DNA of 63,985 nucleotides, counting the filler, from Octopus bimaculoides (taxonomy: Eukaryota): the NCBI RefSeq assembly GCF_001194135.2. It is 5 parts of 5 records of this genome, joined end to end, with 100 filler letters (N's around TTAATTAATTAA, not from the genome) between each part and the next. Parts side by side here need not be neighbours in the genome. Positions count along the whole stretch, not along the records: positions 11,179 to 37,529 come from NC_068998.1; 4 more parts are not named here. One strand, written 5' to 3'. A program made the position numbers and the translations under genes. Shown here in pieces: positions 12,417-24,370 of this stretch (positions are counted from its first letter, which is position 1; every line of letters starts with the position of its first letter). The notes under the pieces were generated by a model. That model was not told the DNA's origin, did not search any database, and saw only the letters and a list, made by a program, of their open reading frames with translations.

Positions 12417-12852
12417 TATATAAGTGAGTATGTGTGTTTGTGTCTCTTTGCCTTGACAGTGTGTAATAGTTGTAAATGAATGTCCCTGACATGCAAGCAG
12501 TGTCCTTCCATTCTGTGAAAACATGTCTGATCATGCGGGGGNNNNNNNNNNNNNNNNNNNNNNNNNNNNNNNNNNNNGGGGGGGGGGGGGATATTACCTT
12601 ACATGGAAACAGGTAACAGTTGGTGGAAGGAAGGGCATCCAGCTGTAGAAAATCTGTCTCAAATAAACTCACTCTGACCCATGTAAGCATAGAACGGGGA
12701 AGTTAAACGATCAAAGAAAACTCCGAATGACCCATCCTTGTTTTCTTTGTATCGTCTTATCTGGATGTTTTGTTGTCCCTTTTTTGTATCACCTAACTGT
12801 CTGGATGTTTTGCATTCTTGTCCCCTTTTTGGTATTCCTTTAATATATATAG

Positions 12853-12895
<43 letters not shown>

Positions 12896-12936
12896 AACAT
12901 GGAGATACACATATGAACATATAGTTATATACTTAC

Positions 12937-13014
12937 CATGTTATTTTTGTTATAAAAGAATTCTGTGTGTTTATCATGATAATTAAACTGTTTGCTCTCC
13001 ACAGTCAGTATGGC
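12937..13014 (-). CDS. INPP5A: INPP5A-like exon g (AILTVESKQFNYHDKHTEFFYNKNNM), 78 bp
   Basis: atccttttgcag acceptor and GTAAGT donor; in frame; resembles VMLQLEKKLFDY. Later exons are not seen before the scaffold end. Confidence 0.8.
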
Positions 13015-13135
13015 CTGCAAAAGGATGTTAAAATATTTTTTAAAAAATATGGAAAAATAGCAACAATTACAAAACAACTAAAAAGGGTTTTCAAGAAAAA
13101 AAAATATACGGAAGAAAAGTATGCAAGTGTATATA

Positions 13136-13394
13136 CAGGGTGGCCCAAAAGTCTCAGAGGGGTCTAAAAGTTTAATTAATTTGTTTTAATCACATTTTTT
13201 TATATTTGTTATTCACAAAATGTGATTCTTCACTTCTAATCATCATCATCATCATCATCGTTTAACGTCCGCTTTCCATGCTAGCATGGGTTGGACGATT
13301 TGACTGAGGACTGGTGAAACCAGTGCTAAGTTACTGTAAATTTAAAACAGCATAAATGAATTATTAACACTTTTGTAAATTTTGGGCCACCTTG
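13136..13394. mobile_element. Tc1/mariner-type MITE with a nested retroposon tail
   Basis: 15-bp TIR CAGGGTGGCCCAAAA (1 mismatch) with TA on both sides; contains a (CAT)n-tailed fragment at about 13243-13305. Confidence 0.7.
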
Positions 13395-13471
13395 TATGTA
13401 TGTATGTATGTTTACACAAACACATACACTCAATGTGGCAACATATATTCCAGCAGCTTCTATGGACTTAC

Positions 13472-13564
13472 TTTCTCATTGTTGTCTGCTTCTATGTAGA
13501 CAATTTTGGCCAACTGGTCCTTCTTGCCTTTGGTATGTTGAGGGAGAGTTTTGTCTGTTAATTC
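13472..13564 (-). CDS. INPP5A: INPP5A-like exon f (ELTDKTLPQHTKGKKDQLAKIVYIEADNNEK), 93 bp
   Basis: tacatattgcag acceptor and GTAAGT donor; in frame with exon e; resembles KLIFRESDNDRK. Confidence 0.82.
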
Positions 13565-14028
13565 CTGCAATATGTAGAGATATGGTAGTGATAGTACAAT
13601 ATATAGGTATATATGTGTGTATGCATAAAAAGTTTGAAGAACTCTAGTTTTTTGCATTCAGATTACTCTGTCGAATATAAATGCCTATTTACTCACATCA
13701 CTTTGAATTAATCAGGATTATCAATTATATTTGATCAATGTGATCATATATTTTTAGAATGACATAGTAAGATAGGTGTGAGAGGTAAGCTCTGGCCAGT
13801 TTGAATATTTCTAGTCTAAATTCAAAAAAGTTAAGGCACAAGTTAGCTCCTTGTTTGAGAAGGAAAGTGAAAAGGTTTGAAATTATTTCTGGATACTACA
13901 CATCATTTGATTCCAAAGATTTATGGATTATCTAGAATTTAGGAGAGCTGGAATCAATTTGAGAAACAAACCAGGTTAGATCAGAACATTTGGGACAAAT
14001 TACAAAAAAAAAACAAAAAAAAACATAC

Positions 14029-14113
14029 CTTGATTAATAGATGTGAATCCAGTCGGAAGTTGAAGTCACCAAAAATAAACATTGGTAATTTTTCATATTT
14101 ATCTTCCTCGAAT
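14029..14113 (-). CDS. INPP5A: INPP5A-like exon e (FEEDKYEKLPMFIFGDFNFRLDSHLLIK), 85 bp
   Basis: ttttctttttccag acceptor and GTATGT donor; carries the 5-phosphatase catalytic motif GDFNFRL; phase 2/0. Confidence 0.93.
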
Positions 14114-15101
14114 CTGGAAAAAGAAAAAAAATGTTAAAAAGGAGTGAAAAAAACAAACAAATTTCCAAAATGATGTATATAGAAAGGTAAATTATTTACA
14201 AGTAAATATTTTGGTTTTTGTCATCGTTTTATATTCTTGATACACTCAGACAATAATTCTTTTCTCTAATGAGTTTGTATATGTTTGTGTGATCGTAATA
14301 ATTATTTTTAACAAAACAGATAGAATATGGATGGTAAATCAAATTAATACACTCGTCAATGTTATCTAATGCCTATCTTTTGAGATGTGACATCAATCAT
14401 CGTTTGTTACTGAAAGATCGCTGGTTAGTTTACATATAGTTACTGCATTAACACTGGGTAAAAATTTCTTAATATAAATAAATAAAGGACATGTATAAAC
14501 TGTTAAATTAAGATGTGGATTTATAATATACCTTTCAACTGCAGTCGTTTTATAGTCTTGATACACTTATGCAATAATTATTTTTTCTAATGAATTTGTA
14601 TGCTTGTGTAGGTGTGTGTGATTGTAATGAATATTTTTAACAAAACAGATAGAATATGGATGGTAAATCAAATTAATAGACTCGTCAATGTTATCTAATG
14701 GTTGTCTTTTTGAGATGTGATATTGATCCTCGTTTGTTACTGAAAGAACACTCGTTCACACATACATTCACATACTTCCCTTGTGCACCCACACACATAT
14801 ACACACACTTTTTTTTTTTTTTTTTTTTTTGCACTGTAGAATTTCCATCATCCCAATACCGGTTTACCATCACCCCTTCCTTCCTTCCTTCCTTATTCAT
14901 CTATCACTCCTCCCTATCTCATATGTTGTGACGGAGAAAAACACAAGATTATTATTATTATTATAGTAGATTCTGTGCTTAAAAATGCCCCTCATACTTT
15001 CATCATCATCATCATTATCATCGCTTAATGTCCGTTTTTCATTCTGGCATGGGTTGGACAGTATATTGTCACTGCTACATGAAAGAGTTGATGGCAAAAA
15101 A

Positions 15102-15320
15102 GGAAGGCACATGGCTCAGTCGTTAGAGCATCGGGCTGACAATCATGAGATAGTGAGTTCAATTCGTGGACCAGGCTGTGTGTTGTGTTCTTGAGCAAGA
15201 CACTTTATTTCACGTTGCTCCAGTTCACTCAGCTGTAGAAATGAGTTGTGATGTCACTGGCGCCAAGCTGTATCGGCCCCTTTGCCTTTCCTTTGGATAA
15301 CATCAATGGCATGGAGAGGG
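15102..15320 (+). mobile_element. tRNA-derived SINE family 3
   Basis: Head TGGCTCAGTCGTTAGAGC...GAGTTCAATTC; homologous minus-strand copies at about 27160-27490 and 35900-36205. Confidence 0.8.
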
Positions 15321-15531
15321 ATATAGTAGTGGTGAGAGGAGAATACAGCAGTAGTGATAGGGGGGAAAGAGTGGGGTGTATTATAGTGGTGGGGGTTATA
15401 TAGTAATGGTGTGAGTAGCCAAGAGACTTCAAACTATACAACATAATCATTAGCAATGAGACCTTACAACTAGTAGCAGTGGTAGCAGTGGTGGTGGTGG
15501 TAATAGTTGTAGTGTAGGTGGTGGTACTTAC

Positions 15532-15587
15532 CGTTGTAGTGTGTGCCGTAGCGCCTCTTTTCTGTTTCCACAATATACGGAGGGACT
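15532..15587 (-). CDS. INPP5A: INPP5A-like exon d (SPSVYCGNRKEALRHTLQ-R), 56 bp
   Basis: ttgatatttcag acceptor and GTAAGT donor; matches SPSVYSGIRHKAL; phase 0/2. Confidence 0.9.
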
Positions 15588-16360
15588 CTGAAATATCAAG
15601 ACAATAAGGAATAGTGACATTGAAAAGAAGGGGTCAGTTAGGAAATAGGTCAGGTTTAGTGGACAACCTGACCCCTCCCCACAGAGCTGAACATATCAAA
15701 CCTTCATAGCCATTCACAATGGAAAAGAATACCATAGCAACAGAAATTAAGGGTCGGGGAGAGAGACTTAAAATTTTGGCACAAGGGAGGGGATAAGTAG
15801 ATTACATTGACCCCAGTGATCAACTGGTACACTTTTTATTGACCCCAAAAGAAATGTTAACTTTGGCGGAATTTGAACTCAGAATGTAAAGATGAACAAA
15901 ATACTAAGCATTTTGTCTAGTGTGCTAACAGTTCTGTCAGCTTATCATCAATCATTTTGAATCCAAGTTTTGTCCCCATCAACGGGGGTGGCCAGATCTA
16001 CCTCAGTGCCATAGCAACCACCCTCACACCATCTCACCATCTTACCTGGTTTTGGGCATCCTCCCTTCTCAAGTCAACCCTCCCAATCTCTCCTTCTACC
16101 TGTCCCCTCCACATTTTCCTTGGTCTACCTTAATAATAATAATGATCCCTTCTACTAAAAGCACAAGGCCTGAAATTATGGGAGGAGGGGCTAGTTGATT
16201 ATATCAATCCCAGTATGCAACTGGTACTCAATTTATCGACCCTGAAAGGGCTGAAGGCAAAGTCAACCTCGGCAGAATCTGAACCCAGAACATGCAGATG
16301 AAATGCTGCTAAGCATTCTGCCCAGCATGCTGATGGTTCTGCCAGTTCACCGCCTTAATG

Positions 16361-16395
<35 letters not shown>

Positions 16396-16890
16396 CCTGT
16401 CTACTAAAGGCACAGAGCATGGGAGGGGACTAGTCAATTACACCAACCCCAGTATTTTACTGGTACTTAATTTATCTACTCCAAAAGAATGAAAAGCAAA
16501 TTGCTGGAATTTGATCTTAGAATGTAAATGCAGAAGAAATGGTGCGAACCATTCTATCTTGTATGCTGCTCGAAATGAAGAGTAGATAGACAGTCGACAA
16601 CTGATGAAGGGTTGTTCTTTGTATTACTGGTCCTGTTTTCCATTTTTCTCTCGTTGTTTGTGACGTCCTATACCCATATATGCATATATATACTTTTTAC
16701 TCTCTTTTACTTGTTTCAGTCATTTGACTGCGGCCATGCTGGAGCACTGCCTTTAGTTGAGCAAATCGACCCCAGAGCTTATTCTATCAGTTCTTTTGCT
16801 GAACCGCTAAGTTACGGGGGGCATAAACACACCAGCATTGGTTGTCAAGTGATGTTGGGGGGACAAACACAGACACACAAACATATACAA

Positions 16891-16921
<31 letters not shown>

Positions 16922-17845
16922 GATATACATATACATACATATACGACGGGCTAGTCCATTGCAGAGTTACCCATAGAGAAATGGGTACTGAGTGGACAAG
17001 AGCAAAGAACACAATGTGCTGCCCAGTCAGGGAATTGAAACCACAATCTAGCAGTCAAGAGCACGACATTATAACCACTAGGCTACACACACACACACAT
17101 GGAATTTGCACATTTTCTGACTGTCATTAGGCGGCCACTGAAATGAGTAGAAACACACACTGAATCCAAGAAGCAATATATTTACAGAGAGGGAGACACA
17201 GATACAATCTACACACACACACACACACTGTAATATATATATACACAAACTGTGAGCCTCTGGGAGGGGGCTGAAATTCATGTGTGGGCTATCCTGGTCC
17301 CCTTGAATGCTATCACTACATGGATGATTTGAGAACAAAGTTGGGCCCTGGGTCCTGATAATGCACACATTGTAAAATATTTACATATTTTTTTTATTTA
17401 TATAAATACACATCCTTTATTTCTTTTGTCTCCATCAGAAACACCATTAGTGTTGTTGTTGTTAATATTATTATTATTAATGTGGTTCACATTGTTGTTG
17501 TGATAGTGTTGGTGGTAGTAGTGGTAGTGGTGGTCGTTTATCAACATCGAGACCAGAAAGTGGTGCAGTGATGGTCAACAAAACCAAAAGACAAGCTAAC
17601 ATACATATCAAACTTGACCGTTGACCATTTGCTGTTCTGGGGGGAGAAGATGGTTGTTGTCATGGTGGTGGTGGTGGTGGTGGTGGGACGGGCCGAATAT
17701 AAATGAAACAGAACAGTCATTGATGAAAGCCACATAAACATATAAGTATACACACACACGGGTGTATATACATATATATATACTCACACATACACATTAT
17801 ATATGTGCATTATATAATAAATAACTATATCTATGCATGTGTGTG

Positions 17846-17878
<33 letters not shown>

Positions 17879-17935
17879 ATTATATATTATATATATATGT
17901 GTGTGTGTGTATTATATATATATGTATGTGTGTAT

Positions 17936-17966
<31 letters not shown>

Positions 17967-18279
17967 TATATATGTGTGTGTGTATTATATAAGTATGTGT
18001 GTATTATATATATATGTGTGTATTATATATATATATGTATTTATATATGTATGCATACTTATATACATATACAGTCACACAGAAACACACATATGTACAT
18101 ACATGAATATACACATAAAAATACACACACACACACACACACACGCATAAATGAAAACTATCCTTTTGTCCACAACTTTATTCCATAATAATAGAAACGG
18201 GTTGGTTTGACCAGAAAGAAAAAGATTGGGTGTATATAAATAACTCTGTATGTATTTATGAATCTGTGTGTGTGTGTGT

Positions 18280-18364
<85 letters not shown>

Positions 18365-18485
18365 ATTTATAGGAAAAAAATGAAACGACATCAAAGCTAT
18401 CAAGATACACACATATATTACACACAAACACATATATATATATACATATATATATATATACACACACACATACTATATATGCAGA

Positions 18486-18543
<58 letters not shown>

Positions 18544-18660
18544 TTGTTTCACAACTGATCATGTTTACTCAACCCTAATTAACGAATGTAAAGAAATACA
18601 AAAAATATCTACACCCACACACACATATATATATACACACATGTGCGTGAGTGTATGTAT

Positions 18661-18713
<53 letters not shown>

Positions 18714-19049
18714 TATGTATACATATGTATATATACATGTGTATGTATATATATACATACACATATATACAAACCTTCATGCACACGCATAGAGACACAC
18801 CAGGTGTGTGTGTATATTCACACATATTTGTATATAGGACCACAGTATACATTTCTACAAATATAACATCTACACACGTGCACACACACACACACACATC
18901 ATTACACTTATTAAGTGTTGTGTATGTCTATATGTATGTATGCATGTACATACGTAGAAACTGTGTGTGTGTTTATTTATATATATAATATATGTATACA
19001 CATGTGTGTTTCTGTGTGTTTATATATATAAATGGGTCTGTGTGTGTAC

Positions 19050-19100
<51 letters not shown>

Positions 19101-19507
19101 GTAAAACAAAAAATACAAGAACACAAATCACACAGTAAGACCCAATAAAAACAGAGAGGGAAAAAAAGTCAGCTCTTTTCAATCGAGTAACATAAAAAAA
19201 TGTGTTGTGAATGTATTTTTTTCGCCATGAAAGAAGATCAGTAGTGGAGTCATTTATCTGATTCTAACAGAACACATCTTGTAGGAACAGAAAACTACCC
19301 CCCCCCCCCCGCCACCACTACCGCTACCTCCAATACAACAAACAACCACAAACAGCCCCCAATACCATAAGCGACCACAATTATTATTTTCAACACCGCA
19401 ACCACTACTAACGCTGTTACAGCAACTCATACAAACCGCACACCGCATGCCAACGCTACAATAGCAATCGCAACAAAACTTTTACTAACCACGCACCACG
19501 ACCACCT

Positions 19508-19541
<34 letters not shown>

Positions 19542-19774
19542 AACCAATGTTACATTGGCGCAACAACATTGTCATTATTAGCCACTACAATCACAGTCAC
19601 CATATACTACTACATAAACTACACTGTGTCATCACTACCACTACCAACAACAGCAGATACATTGCACTTCATATAATGAATAGTTGATGGACTTGCTAGA
19701 AACAGCAGTCAAATATTCCCCCGATCCTATTGCACAGTGTCAAAAGAGGGAAGAACACACTGAGTGAGAGAGTG

Positions 19775-19843
19775 AAAGAGAGGGGGAGAGAAAGAGAGAG
19801 AGAGAAAGAACGAGAGTGAAAGAAAGGAGAGAGAGAGGGAGAG

Positions 19844-19874
<31 letters not shown>

Positions 19875-20304
19875 GAGAGGGGTAGAGAGGGAGAGTGAGA
19901 GAAAAGAGAGAAAGAGAGAGAGAGAAAAGAGAGAGAGGGAGAGAGAGAAAAGAGAGAGAGAGAAAGAGGGAGAGAAAAGAGAGAAAGAGGGAGAGAAAAG
20001 AGAGAAAAAGAGAGAAAAGAGAGAGAGGGGGAGAGAGAGAAAGAGAGAGAGGGAGAGAGAGAAAGAGAGAGAGGGAAAGAAAGAGAGAGAAAAGAGAGAG
20101 AGAGGGAGAGAGAGAAAAGAGAGAGAGAGAAAGAGGGAGAGAAAAGAGAGAGAGAGAAAAGAGAGAGAGAGAAAAGAGAGAGAGAGAAAAGAGAGAGAGA
20201 GAAAAGAGAGAGGGAGAGAGGGAAAGAAAGAGAGAGAGAGGGAGAGAGAGAGAAAAGAGAGAGAGAGAGAGAAAAGAGAGAGAGAGAGAGGGAGAGAGAG
20301 AGAA
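19775..20304. repeat. About 530-bp GA-rich polypurine compound microsatellite
   Basis: Almost purine-only plus strand built of GAGAGAGAAAA-type units. Confidence 0.9.
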
Positions 20305-20353
20305 GATCCAACTTGGGATGGAAGGAGGATAGAATGAACTTTGTGATACTTAC

Positions 20354-20417
20354 ATTTTGCATTGCAATAATATTTGAAGCATCATGGAAAAGATGAATGT
20401 TACATAGGTCGAATGCA
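20354..20417 (-). CDS. INPP5A: INPP5A-like exon c (AFDLCNIHLFHDASNIIAMQN), 64 bp
   Basis: ttgctatttcag acceptor and GTAAGT donor; matches AFDLVNIHLFHDASN; phase 2/0. Confidence 0.92.
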
Positions 20418-20477
20418 CTGAAATAGCAAACAGATGAGGGTTGGCAACAGGAAGAGCATCAAAGTCAAAAAAATCTG

Positions 20478-20905
20478 GTTCTATATTTAAGAGATGAGGA
20501 ATTATGTACATTATTTACATTTGACGGATATTTGTCCTCAACTTGTTGTCAACACAACATTTTGGCTGAAATACCCTCCAGCCTTCATCAGGTGTCTTGG
20601 GAAATTTCAAACCTGGGTTCTCATTCCTAAGGTATTTTTCGATGTTATTTTTATTATTATGCCCATGGGCATATGGCGTAGTGGTTAAGAGTGTGGGCTG
20701 CTAACCCCAAGATTCCGAGTTCGATTCCAAGCACTGACCTGAACAATAATAATAATAACATTGAAGAATACCTTAGGAATGAGAACCTAGGTTCGAAATT
20801 TCCCCCAAGACATCTGATGAAGGCTGGAGGGTATATCAGCCGAAACGTGTTAACAACAAACAAGATGAGGACAAATATCCGTCAAATGTAAATAATGTAA
20901 ATAAT
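20478..20905 (+). mobile_element. tRNA-headed retroposon with hammerhead-like core (20668-20905) plus a head-to-head inverted partial copy (20478-20660)
   Basis: A box TGGCGTAGTGG (20674) and B box GTTCGATTCC (20719); CTGATGA-A-GGCTG..CAGCC-GAAAC at 20814-20846; the inverted copy lies directly upstream. Confidence 0.75.
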
Positions 20906-22191
20906 AAAGAAAATCTGCCTCCATGGAAGAGTGAATGTAAAAATGTTGATGATCATACAATACACAGACACATAGGTACATTTTTATATATTTTTGAAAA
21001 CATATAGACATAGATATACACACACACACATACAGACAGGCTGTGGAGTTGAAGTTTAGGAGTCAGAAACAATTAAGGGGGAGTCGGTAAAACTATACCG
21101 ACTCTGACTCACAGTACCTTTATTTTTTTATATAAACCTATATAACCTATAGGCATACTCAAAGTACAAGCGTACACATATGCTTTATGAGATATGCAGA
21201 CCACAATCACTTGATTACATAAAGAGGAGTTGGAGGTACCAATCGTACAGGAGTCAGAGTCAGAGTCGAAGTTTTTGTTTTGACTCCACAGCCCTGCATA
21301 CAGACGTGATATATATTATGCATGTCAGAATAAGTATATATATANNNNNNNNNNNNNNNNNNNNNNNNNNNNNNNNNNNNNNNNNNNNNNNNNNNNNNNN
21401 NNNNNNNNNNNNNNNNNNNNNNNNNNNNNNNNNNNNNNNNNNNNNNNNNNNNNNNNNNNNNNNNNNNNNNNNNNNNNNNNNNNNNNNNNNNNNNNNNNNN
21501 NNNNNNNNNNNNNNNNNNNNNNNNNNNNNNNNNNNNNNNNNNNNNNNNNNNNNNNNNNNNNNNNNNNNNNNNNNNNNNNNNNNNNNNNNNNNNNNNNNNN
21601 NNNNNNNNNNNNNNNNNNNNNNNNNNNNNNNNNNNNNNNNNNNNNNNNNNNNNNNNNNNNNNNNNNNNNNNNNNNNNNNNNNNNNNNNNNNNNNNNNNNN
21701 NNNNNNNNNNNNNNNNNNNNNNNNNNNNNNNNNNNNNNNNNNNNNNNNNNNNNNNNNNNNNNNNNNNNNNNNNNNNNNNNNNNNNNNNNNNNNNNNNNNN
21801 NNNNNNNNNNNNNNNNNNNNNNNNNNNNNNNNNNNNNNNNNNNNNNNNNNNNNNNNNNNNNNNNNNNNNNNNNNNNNNNNNNNNNNNNNNNNNNNNNNNN
21901 NNNNNNNNNNNNNNNNNNNNNNNNNNNNNNNNNNNNNNNNNNNNNNNNNNNNNNNNNNNNNNNNNNNNNNNNNNNNNNNNNNNNNNNNNNNNNNNNNNNN
22001 NNNNNNNNNNNNNNNNNNNNNNNNNNNNNNNNNNNNNNNNNNNNNNNNNNNNNNNNNNNNNNNNNNNNNNNNNNNNNNNNNNNNNNNNNNNNNNNNNNNN
22101 NNNNNNNNNNNNNNNNNNNNNNNNNNNNNNNNNNNNNNNNNNNNNNNNNNNNNNNNNNNNNNNNNNNNNNNNNNNNNNNNNNNNNNNNNNN

Positions 22192-22231
<40 letters not shown>

Positions 22232-22689
22232 TGATGTGAAATAGTTGAAGCAAAAACAATAGAAGGGTAAATAATGTGTTTGTTTTAATAATGTTTATCT
22301 GCCCCATGTTAATAGTTTGTTAGCTTCAATGTGATAATGTCTATATTGTGTAGTTATGGAGTTGTGAAGTAGACCAGTGGGATAAAGCAGGATATAAATA
22401 TATTGCAGACACCGGAATATTGTAAAACATAAGGTTTCTATTTCAGCTGGAGGGATGTATGTGTGTGGGTGGGTGTCTGGTCTGAGTATGTATGTGTTTG
22501 TGTGTGTGTAAGGTGTATGCGTATCTATAAATGCATGCTTGTATACGAGTGTGTATGTATGTGTATATATNNNNNNNNNNATGTGTGTATATGATGAATT
22601 ATATGTATGCAAATGTGTGTGTGTGTGTGTTATAAGCACACATGTATGTGTTGGATACTATAGCTGACCATAATCAAGACAGGTCGAAT

Positions 22690-23060
22690 GGTCAATGAAA
22701 AATTTTGTGATGCAATGAAGGCATGTGTAGTGAGCCTTCTGAACACCTGCTGCAGGAGGTGTCCATCATTACCATATTTGTGCGAAACTATCGGCTACCA
22801 CTATGGATCCTCCAGAGCATTTGAAGGAATCTATTTCCAGTGTGTTCTCCATGTTTATTGTCTCGGCACATCTGCCACACAAAGACAATCTTCCCTGACA
22901 GCCTTCGCATGATTCTACTACACCCTTTATATGTCCATAGCTTGCGCTAGGTACACAATAAACACCTTTCCTACATATCAAGCAGAGATTAGTAATTTGT
23001 CAGCTCTCCTAATTACTAGGACTTTGGTCTTTGCCGAGTTAACTTTAGGGCCCTTTGATT
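22690..23060 (-). mobile_element. Decayed RTE-clade LINE fragment
   Basis: ICRKGV...LCGRC...IDSF resembles the Cys-rich insert preceding the DSFCYLG region of RTE-type reverse transcriptases; multiple frameshifts. Confidence 0.5.
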
Positions 23061-23110
23061 GCAGGCTTTGCTTCCACGCCTAGAATTTTTCCTATTATAC
23101 TAATGACTCT

Positions 23111-23427
23111 ACATTATTTACATTAGACAGATATATGTCCTCATCTAGTTTGTTGTTACCACAGTGTTTCGGCTGATTTACTCTCCAGCCTTCATCAGGT
23201 GTCCTGGTCGGATTTTGAACTCAACCCAGAGTTCTCATTCCTAAGACATTTTTTTTGCTGATGGTATTATTATTATTTATTCAAGGCACTACCTGGAATT
23301 GAACTCACAACCATGGGGTTAGTAGCCCGTGCTCTTAACCATTATACTATATGCCTGTGGTAAATAACAAACAAGATGAGGACACATATCCGTCTAATGT
23401 AAATAATGTACAGAATTCCTCATCTCA
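23111..23427 (-). mobile_element. Second copy of the tRNA-headed hammerhead retroposon (23111-23355) with an inverted tail (23356-23427)
   Basis: Colinear with 20668-20905 including head, AAT linker, CTGATGA...GAAAC and tail. Confidence 0.75.
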
Positions 23428-23870
23428 AGACCAAGGTAATCAGCATAGAGGAGCTCCCATGGAAACCCAGTCTCAAACTCCTCAGTTTTGGCCAGAAGGA
23501 GCATGTACAGAGTACTGTCCACTCTACACATATGTATATATTCCCATCTTCCTCTCAACTACTCCCTTCTGGGCTTTCTGCTGTCATCACTCCCTCTCCT
23601 AGTAACCAGGTACAAGGCAGACCCAACACCTATATTGATGTTACAATGCAACATGTTGTGTTCCTTCTACAAGGAAATGGGTGAGAATGGTGAGCTATAG
23701 TACTTGTCTAGTGTTGGTGGCAAGAAAAATAAAGCCAGTATGGTTTGTAAAGTGGTTGGTGCTAGGAAGGGGCTTCACGCCATGGAAATGAAGCCTAACG
23801 GCATGTACAGTGGAAGAATTGTTTCGGACTGTAACAACCCATCTAACCAATGCCAACATGGAAAGTGGGG

Positions 23871-23909
<39 letters not shown>

Positions 23910-24317
23910 CTCGGCATTGATGCAGCTGTAATAACTGAAACAAACTAGAATGCAGAAAACATCTATTTTTCTCTATGTAACACACACACACACACACACA
24001 AATGCATGTATGTGCATGTGCACATATGTGTGTATGTTTGTGTTTGTATACATGTGTGTCTGCATATATGTATATGAGTGTGTGCCTGTATGAATTTGTG
24101 TGTGTGTGCATATATATATACATATATATATTTGTATGTATTTTTGTGTGTATATATGTATGTATATCTGTAGGTACATATGCTTCCATGTATACACATA
24201 CACACATATATATATATATACACATATATACACACATATATATATACACACACATATATATATACACATATATACACACATATATATATACATATATATA
24301 TATATACACACATATAT

Positions 24318-24370
<53 letters not shown>

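Noticed and set aside
11912-12479. Cys/His-rich repeat ORFs (LYLYTVTP, HCCVSTLS)
   Set aside because: Several frames are open simply because of the 24-bp minisatellite, and unit-length slips shift the frames.
10625-13305. Long-range perfect inverted pair (10625-10705 vs 13243-13305)
   Set aside because: Two copies of a common retroposon tail on different scaffolds, separated by an artificial spacer.
19727-20362. Long RE-rich and LS-rich ORFs, and the many HT/YI/CV/poly-H/poly-T ORFs elsewhere
   Set aside because: Translations of GA, CA, TA and CAC microsatellites or of N gaps; no coding signature.
20668-20735. tRNA gene
   Set aside because: A and B boxes are present but there is no acceptor stem, and it continues into a repeated body; it is a SINE head. 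The same applies to the heads at 15102 and 51589.
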